Positions 43,438 through 50,886 of a DNA stretch of 50,886 nucleotides are shown here, in pieces (within the stretch, counting starts at the first letter, position 1; each line of letters starts with the position of its first letter). The stretch comes from Pseudomonadota bacterium (GTDB lineage Bacteria > Bdellovibrionota_G > JALEGL01 > DATDPG01), in the NCBI GenBank assembly GCA_043804515.1, contig JAZDIZ010000196.1, positions 1 through 50,886 on the forward strand. The letters are read 5' to 3'. The notes under the pieces are model-generated. The model did not search any database, was not told where the DNA came from, and was given only the letters and a program-made list of their open reading frames with translations. The position numbers and the translations under genes were made by a program.

Positions 43438-46400
43438 GTGAACGGGGTTTTATGCCGAAACGCTTCGGTCCGCATTGGATTCTTGCAGCGGCCATCACGG
43501 TTCTATTCTTCGTGTTCATTCAGAGTGTCCGCGGCGAAGAAATACGGATTTCGGACCAGGGCGATCCGGAGCCCGGGAAGGGCGGCCCCCCACCTCCGCA
43601 CCGCTACTACAAATGTTTGGATCTGGGTTTTGTGGACGAGTTCGGTTGTAAGCCTTCAGATGCCCCAAGCGAATGGGATCCGGATGGGCGATGTTTGCCG
43701 GGCGCCACGAGTTGCCTCGGGGCCGGCACACTGCTTCGTCCGGCCGGGGGAGGTTACGCATGGGACCGCGCAGACCCCCTAACGGTACCGATCCGCCCCA
43801 TGCCCATCTCCTGGGGTTTCGGAGGAGGTTCGAACGGCGTCGATCTCCAAAACGGAACATACGGCCGCGTAGTTCCGATTGATGTTCCGCCCTTTCACGG
43901 CTTGGAACCCCGCATCACCGTCGGTTACAGCTCCGGGGCCGGAAATGGGTTTGCCGGTGTGGGCTGGGGGCTCACGGGTTTTTCCGTTCTCACGGCATTT
44001 TCGTCTGAGGTCGGCGGCGAGTTGACGGAGAACGGCTGGCACCGGTTCTTCCTGGACGGCATCGAGATCTTCCCGTGTTCGAAGCCACACGATCCGACTC
44101 CCGGCTGCGACGAATCCTACGGCGATTCATCCTTCATCAAGTATTTCTCGAAGGTGGAAGCGTTTCAAAGGATCGAGTTCCGGCCGGATTCCCATTGGGG
44201 GTCCGGTTACACCAGCGGCACGTGGAAAGTCACGGAACCGAACGGCACCAAGATCAGTTACGTTCAGCTCTTTAAAACTGACCAGGGCTTCGGTTATGGG
44301 TCAACCGCCCTCGTGTACCGATGGGCGGTACAGAAAATCGAGGATCTTCATGGAAATCAGGTGGACTTCGATTGGGCCTTTGACATGGGCAGCACTCGCT
44401 ACGGTGACTTCTATCCCGACCGGATCCGGTACAACGGAAACGAGATCCGGTTTTATCGAGAAAGTCGCCCGGATGTGAGTCAACGAGCGACCGGGGGCGT
44501 GATTCCTTCGGAGATGGGCCTTCGCCTGAAAGCGATCGGCGTGTCGGTAGGAGGACGCCTGCGCTCCCTGCACCGTCTCCGCTATGAGATGGCCAAAACA
44601 GGCCGAAGCAGGCTTCAAACTATCGACACGTACGGCACCAACGCCCACGTGACGGAGCTTGGAGATGTGGACAACGGGGCTGCGCCGCTGCCCGGCTCAA
44701 CGTACGTTTACGCCGATCCTACGCCCTCCCTGGATGCCGGAATTAGCACCACGGTTTCCGGAAAATTCTGCTCCGCGCCGTCCAACAATCAGACCTTCCC
44801 CATCTCGAACAGGTGGGATTCGCTGAATCACACACTGTACACCGACATCGGGAGTTCCGAGCTGGACCCGACGCTCATTCCCGTGGATCTGAACAACGAC
44901 GGGTGCACCGATTTTCTGGTCGAAGAGTACCGCGGCGGCGTCAACGAAGTCCGGGCGTATCTCTCGAATTGCGACGGAACGTTCGGCTCCGCGGTGACGA
45001 CCTCGTTGGGCGGAGGTCACACTCCGATCAGTCTGGGGGATTTCAACGGCGACGGCATCGTGGATCTTTTCCTCGTTTCCACGTTCGCCACGGACACGGC
45101 CGTCACGGTTCCCGTCGGCTTCCCCCTGGGAAGAGTGGCTCCGATCTACGTTTTCCTCGGAAACGGGGACGGCTCATTCACGGAGTTCACCGATCCGACC
45201 GGGACAAAACTCCCTGTTCGCGAGATCCCCCCGAGGATCTTCAACGGGACGAACGGACCGGACGACAAGTACTGGGATGCGGCGACCTGGACATGGAAAC
45301 CCATCAACTACCAGGTCACGACGGCCTCGTACGCACGGGCGAGGGCCACGAAACTCCGCGTGGCCGACATGAACGGGGACGGATGCGATGACATCATCTC
45401 GTTCAACGGCTGCGAGTACATCGGCGATGCGGACTGCGGTCTTCAGAACATGACCGTCTATTTTTCCAGGTGCACGGATTCCAACGGCAACTTCCTGGGA
45501 TTCGATTTGGGATCAGGTACCACGCCCCAGGGCGACTCTGCCGGCGTTCCGACCAATATCAAACTTTTCGTCCATGGAATGAATCGCCCGTTCAAATCCG
45601 ACGGGACCACGATCGGTGAGTACATCGGCCATGCGGGATACATGCTGGCGGATGTCCTCCGCTGCCAGTTGGCTGATTTCAACAACGACGGGCGGCCCGA
45701 CATCCTCTGCATCGAGCCCAGTTCGAGTGGGTATGGTTACGGCAAGCTGTCGGTCTATCTTTCGGAAGGGAATACCGGAACTCAGTTCCAGTTCTTCCAG
45801 AACGCCGGGCCCTCCATCTTTTCCAATGACTACTATGGGTACTTCGTGTCTCGGACCGGAACCGGGGATCAGTACCCGTATTCGATGATGGTCCGTCCGT
45901 TCGACTGGAACGGCGATGGCCTGATGGACGTGGCGATCTTCCCCGTGGCCATGGCGCATTCCGCCAAGATGCAGATCTTCGTCAACCTGGGCAACGGCCG
46001 GTTCGGCGGGCCGTTCGAAGGGCCGAACCAGGACTTCAGCGGATGGCCCGCCGCATATAATCTCCACCTGCCGCAATACGGTCACATCCCCACGAGCGAC
46101 TGGAACGGCGATGGAATCGCCGATCTTGGCGAATTCGACCCCGTGAACAAGAAGTTCCGCATGTATCTTTCCTCCGGCCGGCCGCTCGATTGGACGAATT
46201 TTCCCTCCAGCACGACGCTGCCGGACGTCCCCGTTCAGCAGCCCACTTGCTTCTTCCCCGGGGACTTCAACGGCGACGGCCGGATCGACATCGCCGTCGC
46301 GAAAGATTCGGGGGACTTTACGGGACCGGTCACGATCTATCCCATGGAGTCGAGTCTCCCGCCGGATATTCTTACGGGGATCGACAATTCGATCGGCGGC

Positions 46401-49400
46401 AGCGAGACGATCGAGTACGCGCGAAAAACGGGTTTGATCCATGAAGATCGGCCGTACGGAATCAAGACCATTCCCGCCCCGATGCTGGTCGTGAGCTCCG
46501 TTACGAAATCGAGCGGCAGTCAATTGATTCAAACCACATACGATTATGCGGGCGGAAAACTGGATCGGAGCGATCCGGAAGGCGCGCGTTTTGTGGGCTT
46601 CGCGTCGGCTTCCACGACCGTCCCGCCCGCCGAAGGACAGTTACAGAAGATCGTCAGGACGGTTTACTTCGATCAGAACCCGCAGGGTTCCAAGGTCTGG
46701 AAGACGGAATCGCGCCTCGAGGGCGGACCTCTCCTTTCCCGCGCGACCCATTCGTTCGTGAAGGCGAAAGACCTCCCGTATCTCACGTACCTGTTCCAGA
46801 CTGACGTCGAATCCTACGAGCCGGTGTGCTTAATGACGATGAACCCCCACATCTGCCCCAGCAGCAATCCGGTGTCCCACAAGAAGGTCCGGTTTCCGGA
46901 GCACGACGCCTACGGGAACGTGACCCTGGCGATCGATGATGGGGACATCTCGGTTGCGGGGGACGAGTACGCTACTTCCTACAAGTATGTTTCGAACTTG
47001 GAGAAGTTCATCCTGAGCGTTCCTTCCACGATCCGGACGTATTCCGGCTCGGCGGCGGACCGCGAGAACCTAATCGGGGAAACGCTCTCGTATACAGACG
47101 ACCAGACGGACTCCGATTCGCCGCCCAGAGATTTCGGCCAGATCACTAGGGTGGATCAGCTCAAGTGCGTGGATTGCGCCGTCTCTTGGGGCCAAAAGAT
47201 CGTTTCCGGCCTGTCCTCACTCTTCAAAATGCCGGGCGCCTTTTCGAGCAATCCGGCTTACGCCACGGTCCGGATGGGATATGACGGCTTCGGAAACCTC
47301 CTCTGGGCCGAGGACCCCCTTGGGCACCGCACGACCACGCAGTATGAAGGGACGTACAATCTCTTCCCCGTCACGGTTACCAACGCCCTGGGCCAGACCA
47401 CCGAGACCGCTTGGAACTACGTCTGCGGCGTTCCCTCGGCCGTAACGGATGCCAATCAGCAAACGGCCCGCGTGGCCTTTGATTCGTATTGCCGGCCGAT
47501 TCAATCCCAAGGGCCGACGGGAAGCTACAGCAGGATGGAATACTGCGACATGACACCGGAAGGCTGCGGTCAACCCACGTCTCAGTACACCGCCGTCTAC
47601 GCTCCCAAACCCTCCGGTCCCGGCGAGCTGGTGTCCAAGATCTTTTTCGACGGTCTCGGAAGGACCTATTGTTCGGAAGCCGATGCCGAAACCCCAGGTC
47701 AGAAAGTGCGAACCGATATCCAGTTCGACCCGCAAGGATCTCCTTACAGGAGTTCCTACCCGATTTCGTCCACGTGCGGCTCCGCCACCTCACCCAGCCA
47801 ATGGGTGGAATCTCATGTCGATCCGCTGGGGCGCGTGATCGAGACGATTCTTCCGGACGACTCTCGAGCGACGGCCGAGTATTCGGGCCTCACCGTCACA
47901 ATGACGGACCCGGCCGGCCACAAACGGCGGGAGACGTTCGACACCCTGGGCCGTGTCATCACGATCGAGCATATGGTGAATGGGGCCTTCCAGACAACGC
48001 AGTCGTTTGAATACGACACTGCCGGCCATCTCTCCGCTCTGACCGACGCCATGGGAGCGAAGGAAACCTATGTGTACGATCTCCGCGGCCTCCCCCAAGT
48101 GGTCCAGTCCCCCCACATCGGGACGCGGACGATGACGTACAACGGCGGGGGAAGGCTTCTTACGCAACAGGACTCGAAGGGACAAACGATTTCGTTCGAT
48201 TATGACGTCCTGGGGCGAACCGTCCGCAAGACCATCCAGAATCCGGACGGAACACCCGTCGCGTACATATATTCGTACGATCAGGTTCGGCCGGATTCCT
48301 TCAACATCGGCCGGATGACCGGCTCTTCGGGCCCGAACGAAGTGAATTTCTTCGACTACGATTTAGCGGGACGGATGCACGTCGGTACAAGGATCATCGA
48401 CGGGATCTCCTACGGCTTCCAGTGGTGGTACGACCGGGACGGTCGCGTCCTCGCGCAGAAATTCTCCGACAACGACTTTGTCGGAACGCCCGATGATCCG
48501 TTGACCTACGACAATCTCGGTCGGTTGAAAACCATCCCCGGCTATGTAACCAACGCCGCGTACGACCCGATCGACGGGTCTCTTACGGAACTCCACTATG
48601 CCAACGGCGAAAAGATCTCATATCAGTACGATCCCGACCGAAAATGGCTGACGCAGATTGAAGCCTCCAGGAACGGAACGGCTTTCGAGCGGCTCCAGTA
48701 TCAATCCTTCGACGCCACGGGAAAGCTCCTGGGAATGCAAAAGCTCGACGGCTCCCGGTGGACATACCAATACAACGACTTGAGCGAGCTGACGCGCGCG
48801 CAGTTCAACGATCCGACTCACCCGACCCGGTCCTTCGAACAGACGTTCGACTACAACCTGAACGGAAACCTCAGGTGCAACAGCGCGTTTTCGCCCGACT
48901 CAGGCCTTTGCCGAACTTCCGATAACCAGCCCACCGGCTGGCGCAATTACTACTACGACACGCTCAACAGGCCCCACGCTCTCCGAGCGATTCTGGCGAA
49001 ACCGGGAGGGCGCCTGCCCAGCATGTCCTTCGACTACGACGAAAACGGGAACATGAAACAGAGGAACAACGGCGGGAACGCCCAGATCCTTTGGAACAGC
49101 GAGTCGCGCCCCGTGTCAATCGGGAATATCCAGTTTGTCTACGACGCTCAGAACTCCCGGCTCAAAAAGATCACGCCTTTGGGCACCACGCTCTATCTCG
49201 GCTTCGGCGCCGAGATCGAAAACGGCACGTTCATTAAACACATCTCCTTCGGCGGAATCCCCGTGGCTCAGAAAAAGAACAACACCGTCGAATGGCTTCA
49301 CACGGATCGGACGGGCTCCGTTTATCGGGTCTCCGGGGATCAGGGGCAGGAAATCTGGAAACAGGATTATCGGCCTTATGGCGAGGAAATCACGCCGCAA

Positions 49401-50633
49401 GCCGCTCCCTCGCCCCTGCGCTTCGCCGGGCAGCGCATGGATGATGAAACGGGGCTGATGTTCCTAAACGCCCGATATTACGATCCGGCCACCGGCAAGT
49501 TCATCTCCCCCGATCCGCTCGCGACAACCCACTTCCCACAGGGCACCAACGCCTACCAATACGCGGCAAACGATCCGGTGAATAAGGGAGATGCATCGGG
49601 GCTCTATCCCCGCGGCGATCCACGAAACGACCTTCCCTATCAAACGTGGCACATTCCACTAGGTCATTCCGGCAGCGACACCTCTCCGATCAACTTGGGC
49701 GGCACGACGGCGTCCTCTGGAGCGGAGCTTCCAGCATTGCGCAACATACTCCGTGGCAACGGCTTTCGTATAGATGAACCGGTGGTGACCTCCCCGCCGA
49801 AGCCGGCTCCTGAGCCCGAGCCCGACATCGATGCGCATTTTCCCAACGGTGGTCCGAATATCGCGGCAAGCATGGCGGGCATGTGGTTCGGTTCCAAGGC
49901 CGGCGGGAACATTGCTAATATGTACCGAGGAATGGTCGGCAACTTGGAGCTCGACAGGGCCATGCGCAAGCTTGAGCTCGCCGCCCACGATGTCGCCGGG
50001 GCCCTGCGCAGTGCGGCCAAGCCCTTTGAGGTCGCCGGTAGCGCCATCGTATATAGCCTGGGTACCGCCTACAACGCCGCAAACGTGCCCCTTGCAAGCA
50101 TGGGCCTCGGGTCACGCCGGGCCTACAAGATGCTCACCGGGACTCCGGATTTCGGCCTCTTGGATTATGGCGGGTGGCTGGGTGCGATGGTGGGAGGTCT
50201 CGCTTCTGGTGTAGAAGAAGTACGCGCATTACGGACCACTGCCAAGGTCGTAGAGTTTGCGATCGACAGACCCCCTGGGGTGGCGCGCGTATTGTTGACG
50301 AGTGAAATTCAAATGAATGCAAGCCAGACATTGAGCGAAGTAGGCCAACTTGGTGGAGTTCTTAACCGCCAAACTGGGCAGATCGCACAGTTGCTGGGGA
50401 CTTGTGAGGAAGTGGCGACGCACATCGAAACAGTGAACGCCCTTGGTTGGCAAGGCAAGGCTGTGGGATTTGTCTTATACCGTGGGGGCGATGAACTCCT
50501 CCTGAGCACCGGAACTTCCTATTTCCACGGCTTAAGAGGAGCGGAGCTTCAGGCATTTGAGAATGCCTTTTCCAGCGAACTTCGAGGTATGGGAGTCAAC
50601 GTAACCGGCATCTGGAACCCCTTTAAGAAGTAG
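43434..50633 (+). CDS. Sec-signal SpvB-N / FG-GAP / YD-RHS polymorphic toxin (fused TcB-TcC-like, 2,399 aa)
   Basis: Signal peptide; SpvB-like VPIDVPP..GLEP...YSS..GNG..GVGW; seven D.N.DG..D repeats; YD repeats; RHS core RFAGQ..D.ETGL...ARYYDP..GKFISPDP...YQYA.NDPVN..DASGL; 342-aa C-terminal extension. Confidence 0.9.
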   Translation: MSERGFMPKRFGPHWILAAAITVLFFVFIQSVRGEEIRISDQGDPEPGKGGPPPPHRYYKCLDLGFVDEFGCKPSDAPSEWDPDGRCLPGATSCLGAGTLLRPAGGGYAWDRADPLTVPIRPMPISWGFGGGSNGVDLQNGTYGRVVPIDVPPFHGLEPRITVGYSSGAGNGFAGVGWGLTGFSVLTAFSSEVGGELTENGWHRFFLDGIEIFPCSKPHDPTPGCDESYGDSSFIKYFSKVEAFQRIEFRPDSHWGSGYTSGTWKVTEPNGTKISYVQLFKTDQGFGYGSTALVYRWAVQKIEDLHGNQVDFDWAFDMGSTRYGDFYPDRIRYNGNEIRFYRESRPDVSQRATGGVIPSEMGLRLKAIGVSVGGRLRSLHRLRYEMAKTGRSRLQTIDTYGTNAHVTELGDVDNGAAPLPGSTYVYADPTPSLDAGISTTVSGKFCSAPSNNQTFPISNRWDSLNHTLYTDIGSSELDPTLIPVDLNNDGCTDFLVEEYRGGVNEVRAYLSNCDGTFGSAVTTSLGGGHTPISLGDFNGDGIVDLFLVSTFATDTAVTVPVGFPLGRVAPIYVFLGNGDGSFTEFTDPTGTKLPVREIPPRIFNGTNGPDDKYWDAATWTWKPINYQVTTASYARARATKLRVADMNGDGCDDIISFNGCEYIGDADCGLQNMTVYFSRCTDSNGNFLGFDLGSGTTPQGDSAGVPTNIKLFVHGMNRPFKSDGTTIGEYIGHAGYMLADVLRCQLADFNNDGRPDILCIEPSSSGYGYGKLSVYLSEGNTGTQFQFFQNAGPSIFSNDYYGYFVSRTGTGDQYPYSMMVRPFDWNGDGLMDVAIFPVAMAHSAKMQIFVNLGNGRFGGPFEGPNQDFSGWPAAYNLHLPQYGHIPTSDWNGDGIADLGEFDPVNKKFRMYLSSGRPLDWTNFPSSTTLPDVPVQQPTCFFPGDFNGDGRIDIAVAKDSGDFTGPVTIYPMESSLPPDILTGIDNSIGGSETIEYARKTGLIHEDRPYGIKTIPAPMLVVSSVTKSSGSQLIQTTYDYAGGKLDRSDPEGARFVGFASASTTVPPAEGQLQKIVRTVYFDQNPQGSKVWKTESRLEGGPLLSRATHSFVKAKDLPYLTYLFQTDVESYEPVCLMTMNPHICPSSNPVSHKKVRFPEHDAYGNVTLAIDDGDISVAGDEYATSYKYVSNLEKFILSVPSTIRTYSGSAADRENLIGETLSYTDDQTDSDSPPRDFGQITRVDQLKCVDCAVSWGQKIVSGLSSLFKMPGAFSSNPAYATVRMGYDGFGNLLWAEDPLGHRTTTQYEGTYNLFPVTVTNALGQTTETAWNYVCGVPSAVTDANQQTARVAFDSYCRPIQSQGPTGSYSRMEYCDMTPEGCGQPTSQYTAVYAPKPSGPGELVSKIFFDGLGRTYCSEADAETPGQKVRTDIQFDPQGSPYRSSYPISSTCGSATSPSQWVESHVDPLGRVIETILPDDSRATAEYSGLTVTMTDPAGHKRRETFDTLGRVITIEHMVNGAFQTTQSFEYDTAGHLSALTDAMGAKETYVYDLRGLPQVVQSPHIGTRTMTYNGGGRLLTQQDSKGQTISFDYDVLGRTVRKTIQNPDGTPVAYIYSYDQVRPDSFNIGRMTGSSGPNEVNFFDYDLAGRMHVGTRIIDGISYGFQWWYDRDGRVLAQKFSDNDFVGTPDDPLTYDNLGRLKTIPGYVTNAAYDPIDGSLTELHYANGEKISYQYDPDRKWLTQIEASRNGTAFERLQYQSFDATGKLLGMQKLDGSRWTYQYNDLSELTRAQFNDPTHPTRSFEQTFDYNLNGNLRCNSAFSPDSGLCRTSDNQPTGWRNYYYDTLNRPHALRAILAKPGGRLPSMSFDYDENGNMKQRNNGGNAQILWNSESRPVSIGNIQFVYDAQNSRLKKITPLGTTLYLGFGAEIENGTFIKHISFGGIPVAQKKNNTVEWLHTDRTGSVYRVSGDQGQEIWKQDYRPYGEEITPQAAPSPLRFAGQRMDDETGLMFLNARYYDPATGKFISPDPLATTHFPQGTNAYQYAANDPVNKGDASGLYPRGDPRNDLPYQTWHIPLGHSGSDTSPINLGGTTASSGAELPALRNILRGNGFRIDEPVVTSPPKPAPEPEPDIDAHFPNGGPNIAASMAGMWFGSKAGGNIANMYRGMVGNLELDRAMRKLELAAHDVAGALRSAAKPFEVAGSAIVYSLGTAYNAANVPLASMGLGSRRAYKMLTGTPDFGLLDYGGWLGAMVGGLASGVEEVRALRTTAKVVEFAIDRPPGVARVLLTSEIQMNASQTLSEVGQLGGVLNRQTGQIAQLLGTCEEVATHIETVNALGWQGKAVGFVLYRGGDELLLSTGTSYFHGLRGAELQAFENAFSSELRGMGVNVTGIWNPFKK

Positions 50634-50646
50634 CAGGAACAGAGAT

Positions 50647-50709
50647 AGGAACGGGGACGGAGGTTGGGAGGAACGGGGACGGAGGCGGAAAGGAGCTTGG
50701 AACGGGGAC
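50647..50709 (+). repeat. Short purine-rich direct repeats
   Basis: AGGAACGGGGACGGAGG at 50647-50663 and 50669-50685; GGAACGGGGAC again at 50699-50709. Confidence 0.7.
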
Positions 50710-50886
50710 TGAAAGGTTCTGATTTCGGGAATTTGTAACTTTCGGGCCTTCTTCAGAACCAAATCGTAGATCTAATCTCCCGATTCAGGACATTTTGGGA
50801 ACGTTGAGTCGAAGGTTGGGGAGTAGGGATCCGTTTTCCGATTCATTTGGAGCTTTGCAGGTTGGTCTGGGCGATTTTCTTGCACA

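Overview
GC-rich bacterial chromosomal window, probably from a Bdellovibrionota/Myxococcota-like organism (inferred from the PilZ, HNH, TonB-C and Cys-rich lipoprotein families and several sigma-54 promoters). All calls come from reading motifs by eye; no database search was run. Housekeeping genes: partial PBP1B, nadA, ETF-QO, scattered complex I genes (a stand-alone nuoB plus a nuoB-nuoD fusion lacking nuoC, then nuoG and nuoI), a deoxyhypusine-synthase-like gene, nth, polX and a pterin/preQ0 cluster (folE, pteridine reductase, two PTPS paralogues, queC). An SOS mutagenesis locus has lexA as the third gene of a HigBA-like toxin-antitoxin operon, divergent from imuA-imuB-dnaE2, and each promoter carries its own palindrome. 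Three large exported proteins sit behind sigma-54-type promoters: a ~2.5k-aa orphan with a pseudokinase-like segment, an Ig/GLUG lipoprotein and a 2.4k-aa SpvB/FG-GAP/RHS toxin. The least explained signals are (1) a ~1.4-kb HNH-only element bounded by long imperfect inverted repeats, with two related 18-bp palindromes, and (2) palindromic elements, several with GNA-triloop hairpins, one inserted in frame (195 bp) in dnaE2 and three stacked between imuB and dnaE2. No rRNA, tRNA or CRISPR array was recognised.
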